The notes below the pieces were generated by a model. It did no database searches. It was not told the DNA's origin and was given only the letters and a program-made list of their open reading frames with translations. Below, one piece after another: positions 18,976 to 29,862 of a stretch of DNA of 64,000 nucleotides. Positions within the stretch are counted from its first letter, which is position 1. Each line of letters begins with the position of its first letter. Position numbers and translations under genes: made by a program. The stretch comes from an uncultured Gemmatimonadales bacterium (GTDB taxonomy: Bacteria > Gemmatimonadota > Gemmatimonadetes > Gemmatimonadales > GWC2-71-9): NCBI GenBank assembly GCA_963828735.1, contig CAWHFW010000003.1:205105-269104 (forward strand), written 5' to 3'.

Positions 18976-21147
18976 TCAAAGGAAGAAGCCGATAGGGTTC
19001 AGCTCCGCTTCGACACGAGGCCGGTCGAGCCACCCCGCCTCGACCGGAGCGGTATACAACCGGCCCGGCGCGAACCGCGCCCGGAAGTGCCGGAGCTCCG
19101 GGACGATCGCCTTGATCACCGGGACGCCGATGTCGGGACGGGTCTGATCGAGAAACAGCAGCTTCAGGCCGCGGCGCGCGAGCAGCTCTTCGCAACGCCC
19201 GAGATCACGCGCGAGATCGGTCGTCGCCAAGGGAGGCACGTCGTCGAGGCGTACAAGCGGAACCGGTGCTGGAGCGAGATACGGCTGATCCACGATGGTG
19301 GCCTCGCGAAGCCAACGGTCCACCGCAGGATCCAGGCTTCCAGACCTCTCCGCCGATGCAATGCACGTTCGCACCTGCTCCATCTCGGTCAGCGCCCGCC
19401 TGAGCGCCGCCGCAGGGTCGAGATGGGTGCCGAAGCCGAGTACGATGCGTTCAGGACCTGCGGCGGTCTGCCGGGAGATCGCCGCGAAAGTAGGAATGCC
19501 GATGTCGCTAGTGATATCGATGGCCCATAGCTCCCTGCCCAGTGAGCGATAGTGCGCCACCAAGCTCTCGCAGTAAGGGGCTTGGGTGCGGGCGAGATCG
19601 ATTCCTGGCCGGGCGACGCGGTTGTACCACCAGAGCGCGAGGCTGTCCCGCTCGACCAGCTCCATCAGGCCCCGCAGCAGCGCCTCCTCTCGGGAGCTCG
19701 CAGCGGCACTGCCGCTCGGATCCGGCAGGCAGTACGCCGCCCGATCCCCCAGCGGATAGCCGGTGTAGAGCAGCATCGTCGGCAGATATCTGCAATCGTC
19801 ACCCGAGAGCGACCGGAGCGGAGTCCATTCGATCGGATCCGCCGGATCGAGCGGGAGAGGAACGTCGCTGGTGCGGGGGGCGCCCGCATCGGGGCGCTCG
19901 CGCCGGCGGTACTGCGCCTCGCTGAACTGCATGCACTCATTGGGGTGGATCGCGGCCGGCCCGAGCGCTTCTAAGGAAGCCAGAACGCGAGGCTCGTCTC
20001 CTTGAAAGACCCCGGAATACCGCTCGATTGCCTCGCCGAGCGCGCTCACGCGCGCCTCTTCGTCAGTCATGCCCTTGCCGGTGCCGCGATCCAACCCGGT
20101 CTCAGACTGGACGCGCTCCTCGTGCAGCGGGTCCGCCGCATAGCGGGCGACATGGACGTAGAGCGGTGCTCCCTCCTCGGATGGCAGCCGCCGCAGGTCC
20201 ACGGCGACCCCGACCACGGGATCAACCAGGCCCTCCCAGCGGTGAAGCGTCGCTACGTCTTCGCCTTCCAGGTACGTGCCTCCTTTGGGCAGCCGAAGCG
20301 GTGAGGTGGAAAGCCGGCCGTATAGCGCGGGGTCCCCGCACGCCGGGCACTGCGGCCTCCAAGGAACCCGGTGTGTCCGCAGCGGTTTGCCTATGGAGTC
20401 GAAACTGACGATCGCGTCGGGGGCGGCAGCGGTGAGTTGGCGTGCGAGGAGGCCAGCGAAGAGGGCCGAGCCCGGCCACCCGGGGCTGAGGGGCCGCACC
20501 GGGCGCGACTGTCCAAGGAGCCGGTACTCGTGCGGATGATTCCGTCTCAGACGGTCCGCTAGACAGCGCCAGCAGCAGCTGGCATGGGGATGAAAGTGCG
20601 GGCCGATCCAGATCGCCGGACCGACAGGCCGGGCCAGCAGCCACGATTGGCCGGTTTCGAGCGCGGCCTGATTGAGCCCGGCGAGCTCCGGGCGAAGGTA
20701 GCTGTCCGTCAGAACGACGGAGAGCGGGGCCGAATCGTCGAGCACGAAGCCGCAGGCCTGAAGCGCCTCGGCAGCGACGCCGCTCGGGACGTCTCCGAGA
20801 GTCGTCAGCGCGATCCGCACTCCGGCGGCGGTGACGGGACCCCCGGAAGCTGCGCCGCGCTTCCCTGCATCCGACCTCTCCGCGGCGCAGGGCGCATCCA
20901 CCACACACCCCAGGCGTTCCAACTGCCACAGCGCGTACCACACGTCCACGCGCCGCCAGCCGGCCTCGAAGTGCTTGATCAGTAGTTCGGTGCTGGTCGG
21001 GCCATTTAGGAGCGGAAGCAGATGCTCGTACAGTCCGGTTGGAAGCAGAGCATCGCCGTCGTCGGAGAGGAGCAGCACTCCCCGGCCTTCCCAAAGCAGG
21101 GCTCGGTGGTCGTCCTTCAACCTCGGGTGCTGTAGCATCACCGACAC
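18976..21147 (-). CDS. Fused E1-like/YcaO cyclodehydratase (TOMM C-D fusion)
   Basis: WIGP...CWRC and RPQCPACG Zn motifs; GKG...SALGEAIERYS, ELVERD, RALTE YcaO motifs; C-terminus ELNPIGFFL. Confidence 0.93.
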   Translation of the reverse strand: MSVMLQHPRLKDDHRALLWEGRGVLLLSDDGDALLPTGLYEHLLPLLNGPTSTELLIKHFEAGWRRVDVWYALWQLERLGCVVDAPCAAERSDAGKRGAASGGPVTAAGVRIALTTLGDVPSGVAAEALQACGFVLDDSAPLSVVLTDSYLRPELAGLNQAALETGQSWLLARPVGPAIWIGPHFHPHASCCWRCLADRLRRNHPHEYRLLGQSRPVRPLSPGWPGSALFAGLLARQLTAAAPDAIVSFDSIGKPLRTHRVPWRPQCPACGDPALYGRLSTSPLRLPKGGTYLEGEDVATLHRWEGLVDPVVGVAVDLRRLPSEEGAPLYVHVARYAADPLHEERVQSETGLDRGTGKGMTDEEARVSALGEAIERYSGVFQGDEPRVLASLEALGPAAIHPNECMQFSEAQYRRRERPDAGAPRTSDVPLPLDPADPIEWTPLRSLSGDDCRYLPTMLLYTGYPLGDRAAYCLPDPSGSAAASSREEALLRGLMELVERDSLALWWYNRVARPGIDLARTQAPYCESLVAHYRSLGRELWAIDITSDIGIPTFAAISRQTAAGPERIVLGFGTHLDPAAALRRALTEMEQVRTCIASAERSGSLDPAVDRWLREATIVDQPYLAPAPVPLVRLDDVPPLATTDLARDLGRCEELLARRGLKLLFLDQTRPDIGVPVIKAIVPELRHFRARFAPGRLYTAPVEAGWLDRPRVEAELNPIGFFL

Positions 21148-21317
21148 TCGCAGCGCGCTCGGAGGCGCGCCCCTGTCCCCGTCCCGCGCGACTCGGCCAG
21201 GGTGTCCAGATGGGAGTTACGCCCGTAGATTTGCGATGGGCGGCTCGACTGTTACGGGCCAACCTATGGGCCGGGCCGGGGCTTGGGCTAGGTCGCCCCA
21301 CTTCCCAGGGACCCCAC

Positions 21318-24300
21318 GTGTCCAAGACAGGAGTGACCTGCCCATCCTGCGGCGAGACCGCTCCGGATGAGGCAAGCGCCTGCCGGTCCTGCGGGGCCTC
21401 GCTGAGCGAGGCCCATTTGAGGCCCGGCTCCTACCGGCGGCTTCAGGAAGCCGTGGCTGACCGGTACGTGATTGAGCGCCGTCTCGGTCACGGCGGAATG
21501 GCTCTCGTCTATCTGGCACGCGACCTGAGGCACGACCGCCTCGTCGCTCTCAAGGTCCTCTCGCCGGAGCTCGCGGCCAACCTTGGGGCCGAGCGTTTCC
21601 TTCACGAGATCCAGGTCGCCGCACACCTTCAGCACCCACACATCCTGACGCTGCTGGACTCGGGCACCTTCCAGTGGGATCCCGGCATCCCGGGCTTGTA
21701 CTACGTCATGCCCTACGCCAGGGACGAATCGCTCCGAGAGCGGATTGAGCGTGAGACTCAGCTTCCCCTCGCAGAGGCCCTCCGCATCACCCGCGAAGTT
21801 GCCGGCGCCCTCGATTACGCCCATCGCGAAGGGGTAGTGCATCGGGATATCAAGCCAGGGAACATCCTGCTCTCCGACGGGCATGCCCTGGTCGCCGACT
21901 TCGGCATCGCGCGTGCGATCCACAGCTCTGCCGGCGACCGCTTGACGGACTCAGGTATCGCCGTCGGCACTCCCTCCTATATGAGCCCAGAGCAGGCCAC
22001 GGGTCGTGAGGCGGATGCGAGAAGTGACATCTACAGCCTCGGCTGCGTTCTCTACGAGATGCTCGTCGGCGAGCCGCCGTTCACCGGTCCGACCCGGCAG
22101 GCGATCGCCGCCCGGCGGCTCACCGAACCTGTTCCGCACATCAGAACCGTGCGTGAGAACGTGCCCGAGCGCGTGGAACGTGTTATCCGCAAGGCGCTCG
22201 CGAAGGTGCCGGCCGACCGCTTCGCCACAGCGGCAGACATGGCCGAGGCACTCGGGGCCGTGAGGCCCAGCTCGGGCACGGCGGTGGCCGGCTCCAAGCG
22301 CCGGGCGAAGCGCTCTTGGCGGCTCTCCGCTCGTCTCACCTGGGGGCTGCTAGCGGCGGTGGCGGCTGTGGCGCTCGCGGTCGTGTGGGCACTTCGGCGC
22401 CCCGCAGGGGCGCCAGAGGATTCTCTAGTCTCACGAGTGGCCATCCTGCCGTTCGCCGCGCAAGGTGGGGAGCAGACGAATCAGCTGAGCGGAGCCATCG
22501 TCACCCTTCTCAGCTCCGCGCTCGATGGCGTGGGGGAGCTGCGGACAGTGGCTCCGAGCGCTGTGTTAGGGGCGGCGGGTGAAGGGGCCGCGCAACCGCT
22601 GGACCAGAAGCAGGAGCAAGCTATCGCCACCCGGCTCGGCGCGCGGCGGTATGTCTCGGGCACCGTCGTGGAAGGCGCCGACGGTCGCGTGACCGTCAGC
22701 GCCTCGGCGTACGACCTGCGGTCCGGTCTTCTCTCGGAGCGGATCACCGTCGAGGGCAGAAAGCCGGGTGACATATTCCGCCTGGTCAACGACCTGGCGG
22801 TGCAGTTGCTGGGCGCGTTCGGCATTCACCAGGCGCCGCCCCGTCTGGAGAGCATCAGCACCAACTCGGTTGTCGCCCTCAACGAGTACCTCAAGGGTGA
22901 GAGCGCGCTGCGTCGCGGCGACTATGGACAAGCCGTGACCTCCTTCGGGCACGCGGTGGCGGCGGACAGCCTCTTCGCTCTGGCCTGGTTCCGGCAAGCG
23001 TACGCCCTGACTTTCACGGAAACGCCTGAGGGGGGGGAGCGCCCACTGCGCCGGGCGCTTGCCCTGGCGAACCGGCTCTCCGTGCGGGACCGCCGCCTCG
23101 CGGAAGCGTTCAACGCCGCGATCAACGTGGATCCCCAGCGAGCCGACCGCCTCTACCGCGCCCTGGTGTATGAGTACCCGGACGATGTGGAGGCCTGGTT
23201 CGGTCGCGCGGATGTGATGCTTCATTTCGGGCCGCTGTATGGACTGGCCATGGACTCGCTGAGCTACGCGTTCCAGCGCGTCCTTTTCCTGGACCCCGCT
23301 CATTCGGAGGCTCGGACCCACCTGCCGTGGGCAGCGGCACTGGATCTCCGGCTTGGCTTGCTCGACTCGGCCGCTCGTGCGCTCTCGACCGATTCGAAGG
23401 GATACTACACTCCAGTATTTCGAATCTTCCGCGCTTTCAGCAAACGCGACTCCGCAGCCGAGGACTCGGCGATCTCCGGCTTTCCCACCATGGACGACCT
23501 GCAACGCCTGTTGGCGGTCAACATGACGGCCACGCTGCAGGACCCGGCAGCAACCGAGCGGCTAGCGCTTCGGCTGTTCACCGACCCCAGCCGTCTGCCC
23601 GAGGTGCAGGCCTTCGGCCACGTCATGGCGGCCTATCTCGAGCTGGCGCGGGGGCGAGGACACGCTGCGTCCCGGGAGCTCGACGCGGCCGACAGGCTGG
23701 ATCCCGCCGCGGCGCTGGAGGGACGCGCGCTACTCGTCCTCCACCCCATGTGGGAGCAACCAGATTCCACGGTTCGAAAAGTCCTCGTCCGCCTGCAGCG
23801 GTGGAATGCCGCCACTGCCGCCCCCAGCATCTCGGCCAACCCTTGGCTGGTCCCCCACGACAGCCTTCATCAGCAGATCCGGACCTTCCTGCTGGGGGCC
23901 CTCGGCGCTCGACTGGGCGACGGCGCAGAAGCTCGGCGTCGGGCACGCGAGCTCCTGGAGCTCGACACGGCGACGACGCAAGGAGTCGTCGGCCGGGCGC
24001 TGGGGCATGAGATCCTGGCCTACACGGAAGCGCGGGCGGGGAAGGCAAGGACGCGCTCGGGGAGCTCGATCAGAGCAGCCTGCGAGGCCCTCAGGCTCGG
24101 GTCTGGCAGCGGGCGTACAGCTCACCATTCATGTCCCAGGCCCAGGCGCGGTATCTCCGAGCGGGCATTTTGAGTGATCTCAAGCGGGACCCCGAGGCGA
24201 TGAGGTGGTACCACTCGCTGTGGATGGCGAATGCCTTCGATCTCGCCTTCCTGGCACCCGCGCACCTCGGGCAGGCGGAGATCGAGGCGCGCGAGGGTAA

Positions 24301-24418
24301 CCGTCAGAACGCGCTGCAACACTACAGGGCCTTCGCGGCGCTCTGGAAGGAGGCGGATCCCGAGCTGCAATGGAGGATCGATCGTGTCAGAAGCAGTATC
24401 GCCAAGCTCGCACAATGA
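21318..24418 (+). CDS. Ser/Thr kinase with N-terminal zinc ribbon, TM, TolB-N-like and TPR domains; frameshift near 24040-24130
   Basis: CPSCG..CRSCG; LGHGGMA, HRDIKPGN, DFG, GTPSYMSPEQ; TM WGLLAAVAAVALAVVWAL; tail ...LWKEADPELQ in ORF 24131-24418. Confidence 0.88.
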
Positions 24419-24497
24419 CGGGGGTCGTACTCCAGCTCGAGAGCCTCGAGCTCCTGGCCCTGACGAGGGGCACCGCGACACCGCCACGTTGAGCGGG

Positions 24498-25067
24498 CTA
24501 CTTCCCCTTCTCGTACGTCCCCACCAGCTCCACCTTCTCCAGAATGTGCCCCTGCATCGCCCGCTCGAGCGCCGCCTTGGTCGGTTCCTTCAGATCGCCC
24601 AGCGTGGCGTCGAGCGCGTACAGCTTGTGGAAGTACCGATGCCGGCCGACCGGCGGGCAGGGACCGCCGTAGCCCACACGCTTCCAGTCGTTCACGCCCT
24701 CGCGGGCGCCGGCCGGGAGGCTCTTCGACGAGGCGGCCTTCGGGAGCTCGGCCGCCGACGCCGGCATGTCGTACACCACCCAGTGCACCCAGGTCGTCTT
24801 CGGGGCCTTGGGGTCGGGCGCGTCGGGATCGTCGACGATCAGGGCGAAGCTCTTGGTCCCCGCGGGCGCCCCGCCCCACGCGAGCGGCGGCGACTGGTCC
24901 TGGCCTTCGCAGGTGAACTCCTTCGGGATCTGCCCGTTGGCCGTGAACGCGGGCGAGCTGATCGAGAGCGTCATGGGTGCCTCCTGCGAGGGGGCGGGCC
25001 GGGGCGGGAGCGGCCCGATCAGGATCAGGCAGGCCGTGAGCGGGGCGGCGGTGCGAAGCGAGTGCAT
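24498..25067 (-). CDS. YbhB/YbcL (PEBP) family protein
   Basis: SSPAF, SPPLAW, DPDAP, WVHWV, YGGPCPP, HRY. Confidence 0.92.
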   Translation of the reverse strand: MHSLRTAAPLTACLILIGPLPPRPAPSQEAPMTLSISSPAFTANGQIPKEFTCEGQDQSPPLAWGGAPAGTKSFALIVDDPDAPDPKAPKTTWVHWVVYDMPASAAELPKAASSKSLPAGAREGVNDWKRVGYGGPCPPVGRHRYFHKLYALDATLGDLKEPTKAALERAMQGHILEKVELVGTYEKGK

Positions 25068-25604
25068 TGGCAGGGTCCTCCAGTGGCCTTCCTTATAGTA
25101 GCGCCACGGGATTCCAGCAGGTGAAGCGGGACCGCCACTGACGCCGTGGCATCCGCCGCGTGAGCCGCGCCGCCACTCCCCTGCGGGTCCCTTGCGATCG
25201 CACCCGCGTTCAGGCGAGATGTGCGCGAGTGACTGGGTTGCCCACACGGGCGAGGGTCCGATGCGGCGCTCGAGCTTTCGCTGGCGCGGCACGGACCGAC
25301 GACAACCTGTCGGCCCAGTCGGACGAGTTCGGCGACCGGTTCGCGGGCGCGCTCGACGCGCCGCTGCTCCACTTCTACCATTACTGGTGCGGAGACGGGC
25401 GGGAGGGAATCGACTTCACGTTCAGACGCGGTGGCCAAACAACACGACGGCGCACTCGCCCCGAAGGTCGAGCAAACGTCTGCCGCAAAGCGTAGAACTG
25501 CAGCAAACGGGTCTGTAGGTGCTTGTCAGAACCGTCGCCAAAATGTAACGTGACCCTACTCCTGCTTTGCATAGGGCCTTAGCCCCGGTCCCCCGAGAGC
25601 GACT

Positions 25605-26642
25605 GTGCTCCGTTTTGTGAATGACCCGACCTTCATTGTGCCGGACCATCTCGTCGCTCCGAGCGCCGAGCCATTGATTGTTCACCAACACACCAATCCA
25701 TCTCTGAATTCGGCCATCGTCCTCTTCGTCCACGGCCTGGGAGGCGACCGGTACGCTACCTGGGGCAACTTTCCAGCCTTTCTTTTTCAGGAGCTTCCCG
25801 GGTGCGACATCGGTCTGTACAGCTATCGCACCTTCCTGGGCAGGATCAAGTTTTGGAGGTCGATCAGCCTCGATGCGGAAGCCGAAGCTTTTGCGAACCT
25901 GCTGCGAGGGCTGGAAGGCTACGACTCAATCGTCCTTGTCGGGCACAGCATGGGCGGGCTCCTCTGTAAAGCAGTCGTCGCCTACCTGGTCGATTCTTTG
26001 GAAACCGCTACGCTCGATCGCATCAAAGGTGAAGTATTGATGGCCGCCCCACAGCTCGGTTCGCTCTGGATCCCGCGGGCGTTCGCCTGGCTGACGAGCG
26101 ATACCAGGGCGCTGAGCGCTCACTCCGATTTCGTGCGCCGAATTGAGAAGACCTTCACCAATCGCGTAAACGCCCGGGCAAGTACCGGGGACCCTTCCCT
26201 AGTTCCGCTTCCTGTGTGGATCGTCGCGGCTGCAAACGATCGCTGGGTGGACCCGTTGAGTGCGGGAGTCGGAATCCCTGATGTCCAGAAGATGCTGGTC
26301 AGGGGGCTGCACACCGAGATCGTGAAGCCGACGAGCACGACGAGCGATGCCTACGTGTACGTTCGACGCCTCATTCAGACAGTCTGTAATACCGAGCCGC
26401 GCCTTCTGCCGACCGCCATCGAGCTGCATCAGCCCATCGCGGAGGACAGGACGGTCGTCCGCCGGCTTCTCGTTGGGGCAGTTACGTACGGTGCGACCGC
26501 CCTCCTCGCGAGCACGGCCCTGTACCAAGCTCTGCAGGTCATTAATCCGAAAGTCGCAGGGACGGCGCTCCTCATAGCATGGGTCAGCCTGCTCCTGGTG
26601 GCAGGGTTCGCGCTGGTTCTCGTCCGCCCACAGAGCTCATAG
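25605..26642 (+). CDS. Alpha/beta hydrolase (PGAP1/SesB-like) with two C-terminal TM helices
   Basis: LFVHGLGG, GHSMGG, NDRWV, GLHTEIVKP; two hydrophobic segments at the end. Confidence 0.8.
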   Translation: MLRFVNDPTFIVPDHLVAPSAEPLIVHQHTNPSLNSAIVLFVHGLGGDRYATWGNFPAFLFQELPGCDIGLYSYRTFLGRIKFWRSISLDAEAEAFANLLRGLEGYDSIVLVGHSMGGLLCKAVVAYLVDSLETATLDRIKGEVLMAAPQLGSLWIPRAFAWLTSDTRALSAHSDFVRRIEKTFTNRVNARASTGDPSLVPLPVWIVAAANDRWVDPLSAGVGIPDVQKMLVRGLHTEIVKPTSTTSDAYVYVRRLIQTVCNTEPRLLPTAIELHQPIAEDRTVVRRLLVGAVTYGATALLASTALYQALQVINPKVAGTALLIAWVSLLLVAGFALVLVRPQSS

Positions 26643-26652
26643 CGAGGACGAC

Positions 26653-27317
26653 GTGAGCGAAATGCAAGCCCGCAATCGGTGGAAGTTCGAGCTGCTGCTC
26701 AGGTTCCTGGCGGTCGCGCAGATTCCCCTTCTGGTCTTTTCGCTGGCTGTTGTCCTCTATCTGCAGGTTAAGGCTCGCCCGCTTTCGGCAAGAGTCGCCG
26801 CGTTGAACGACACGATCGTGTTGAAATCAGTGAGCGTCGATTCATTGAGGAAGGAGGAGGCTGACGTTCGAGCACGACTACGAACACTTGCCGCTGCAAT
26901 CGACACGGTTCAAGCTCATGTGGATTCACAGAAAGCAGGTGGGGCAGCCGTTCAAGCTCAGACCCCACGCGCGAACAGTCCTCCGTCGACGCTGAAGGAA
27001 GGCTGGGTCTATCTAGGGGCGTACGATAGCGCCTCAACCACGTGGTCGAGACGGTATTTCTCGTTTGGGGCTCAAACAAAGCCCGCGAGTCTGGAAGGAA
27101 AGACAGTTTCCGCGAATGCTCAGGTCAACGTGCGTCGCAACCGGTTCTACGAGCCTGGCTACGACACAATCGAGGACGTGCTCCGGCCCCGAAGCCAAGT
27201 GACAATCACCGAGATACGGTCGTGGAACGACGCGGGCACTTCATCTGGGCTCACGTGCGATTCTCGGTACCGAACCGATCGAAACCCGCCGGAGTCGGCG
27301 TCAAGACTTACCCCTGA
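26653..27317 (+). CDS. Membrane-anchored coiled-coil hypothetical protein; frameshift near 27236
   Basis: N-terminal TM plus coiled coil; the inverted copy at 44840-45373 gives the intact end WNDAGYFIWAHVRF...KTYP*. Confidence 0.65.
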
Positions 27318-27397
27318 CCTGTCGGCAGCCCCGAGCCGCATCATATCAGTAGTGGCGGCGGCACGACGACTACGACGCGTCACAACCGCGCGTAGCC

Positions 27398-28727
27398 TCA
27401 GCGCGGCCGCGCCGCCTCGAACTCGTGGGTGAGCCGGTGCCGCGCGGTACGGGGCAGCAGGAGCGCCGCCACGAAGCTCACCACGCCCGCCGCGGACAGG
27501 TACACCGCCGGCGCGAGGGGCTTACCCGTCCGGGCGAGGAGCCACGCCCCGATGAGCGGCGTGGTGCCGCCGAGCAGCGCCATCCCGAGGTTGTGCGCCA
27601 CCGACACCACGGTGCAACGCACCCGCCACGGCGCCAGCTCGGCCATGGTGGCGGGCAGGGCGCCGCTGCCGGCGGCGACCAGCAGGGCGAGGCTCACCTG
27701 CCCCACGATGATGCTGCCTGTCTCCCCTCGGGTCATGAGCGACATCAACGGGTAGGACAGGAGCGCCATCGCGGCACCCCACGCAACCAGCACTGGTCGC
27801 CGGCCAATTCGGTCGCTCAGCGCGCCCGCCGCCAGCGAGGCAACGAGCGACAACGCCATCGCGAGTGTGTTGATCCCCAGCGCGGTGCGCGCCGGCACCT
27901 GGGCCACCTGCGCGAGCCAGGTCGCCGCGTACACGAACGTCATGTAGAACCCGACGGCCAGGCCGGCCACCAGCGCCACGAGGTGCAAGGTGGTCAGCCA
28001 ATGGGAGTGGAGCGCCTCGGCCAGCGGCGACCGGGACGGAGCCTGGTGGGGTACCCGCTCGATGTAGTAGCGCCGGATGGCGATCCCGCCCAGGCCCACG
28101 CAGATGCCCAGGATGAAGGGGATGCGCCAGCCGTACGCCATCACCGCGTCGGGTGTCATCACCGTATTCACGATCGCGCCGGCCGCGGAGCCGAGCAGCG
28201 TGCCCGCGAACGCACCGACCGGCCCCCAGCTGCCCATCCACCCGCGCCGTCCCGGCTCCGACCCCTCGACCAGGAACACGGTCGAGGCGCCGTATTCGCC
28301 GCCGACCGCGAGGCCCTGCAACAAGCCGGAACCCGAGCAGGAGGATCGGCGCGGCGATCCCGATCGTCTCAGTGCTCGGCAATACGCCGATCAAGAAGGA
28401 GGGCAACGCCATCGCCATCACGGACCAGAGCAGCGCCTGCTTACGTCCGAACTTGTCGCCTACCCAGCCGAACAAGGCCCCGCCCACCGGCCGCATGATG
28501 AAGCCGGCCGCGAAGGTGCCGAAGGCGGCGAGGAGCGAGGCGGTGGGGTTGTGGGCCGGGAAGAAGTGAGCGCCAATTTGCCTGGCGAAGAAGCCGAAGA
28601 GGGCGAAGTCGTACCACTCGAGCACGTTGCCAGCTACACCTGCGATGACGCCGCGGCGGACGGCACGCGGAGTGTGGAACTCCTGCGTGATCACGCCGGG
28701 CGGGATGATTTGGGGGATGGTGGCCAT
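27398..28727 (-). CDS. MFS transporter (MHS/ProP-like), copy 1; frameshift near 28320
   Basis: GNVLEWYDF, MRPVGG, DKFGRK, QGLAVGGEYG. Confidence 0.88.
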
Positions 28728-28909
28728 GGGATCGTCGTGATGAGGGATGCCGCAGGGTAAGGCGCGCGCGGTTAGCGCGCCAGAGTCGCAGCGGGCCTGG
28801 ACATCTGAAAGTGGAGTAGCACGAAAGGTCGATTGACACCGCGACGGACCAAAAAACATACTGGAAGCGCCACCGCACCACCCTTCCATCCCCCCGGTGA
28901 GGAGTTCGA

Positions 28910-29499
28910 ATGTTTCGTGCACGCCCCGTCGCAACCCTCCTGGCGGCCGGCCTGGCCGTTGCCGCCTGCTCTGATAGCTCGCCCGTGGCGCCCGAGACCG
29001 GCTCCGCCCCGTCCTTCCGCACCGAGCACAGCCCGCCCGGCCCCGGGCACAGGTCAGCCGCTCGGACGCCCAGTTTTTTTCCACCTTCACCGAGCCCGGC
29101 GCGCCCTACTTCGTCGCGATCGGCCTGAACTCGAGCGACGTCGTGGAATTCTGCAGCGGCGGCGACCCGGAGCTGGGCGGCTTGAAAACTCACTTCGTCG
29201 AGCAGCCGCACGGCGGGGCGCAGACCCTGTTCAAGTCGGCGGGCAAGGTTCCCCTGCTCCTCTTCCCGGCCGGCACGGAGGATATCTGCGACGGCTCGCC
29301 AGTCGCCGAGGGAACCGGGACCTACACCGACGGCTCCGCCAACCTCTTCAGGGGCATCGGCCAGGGGACATCCGGGTTCCGGATCCGTGGCCAGGTGACA
29401 GACCAGGCGGGCACGCGGCTCCACGTGCTCGTGGCGGTCCACAGCCAACTCGGGCCGGGGGGATTCGTGGACATCGTGAATAAGATCGAGGTGAAGTGA
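28910..29499 (+). CDS. Hypothetical lipoprotein, copy 1; frameshift near 29040-29050
   Basis: Lipobox VAAC; intact in copy 2 (42658-43248). Confidence 0.7.
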
Positions 29500-29525
29500 G
29501 CGCGCAGGTCGGCACACGGGCGCCG

Positions 29526-29842
29526 GCGAGCGACGGCGGCGAGCAGGCCCGCCGGGGCGCTGCAGTCGCCGGCACGTACGCGTGGGGTTGCTACTAAGGG
29601 CGGAGGTCGTGCCGTCGACTGACGCGTCCTCTGGGCCTGCCGCCGCCGTCGCTCGCGCGAAGCTCCGATGCTAGAGCGGCGCGCGTCCGCGCATTCCGGA
29701 ATGCTCGGGGCGCGGGGGCGACGGGATGGCTCCCGCAGGGCGCGTCAGTCGACGCCACTACCTCAGCCTCTGGTAGCAGCCCAACGCCTGCGTGGCGGCG
29801 ACTGCAGCGCCCGAAGGGAGCTATCCCGTCGCCCCCGCGCCC
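29526..29842. repeat. Pair of ~130-nt hairpin elements in inverted orientation (mirror copy at ~42318-42634)
   Basis: ~75-bp cores at 29555-29630 and 29738-29812 are imperfect reverse complements; each core is enclosed by its own ~25-bp stem. Confidence 0.75.
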
Positions 29843-29862
29843 TGCGCCGACACGCCGGATGC

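Noticed and set aside
17840..21147. Thioamitide, linaridin or lanthipeptide assignment
   Set aside because: No TfuA, APH/HopA1, LinE/LinL or LanB/C/M genes; the YcaO is the E1-fused azoline-forming type.
25160..25495. Short ORF before the hydrolase islet (also 39118-39384)
   Set aside because: No recognisable motif or convincing start; cannot be supported.
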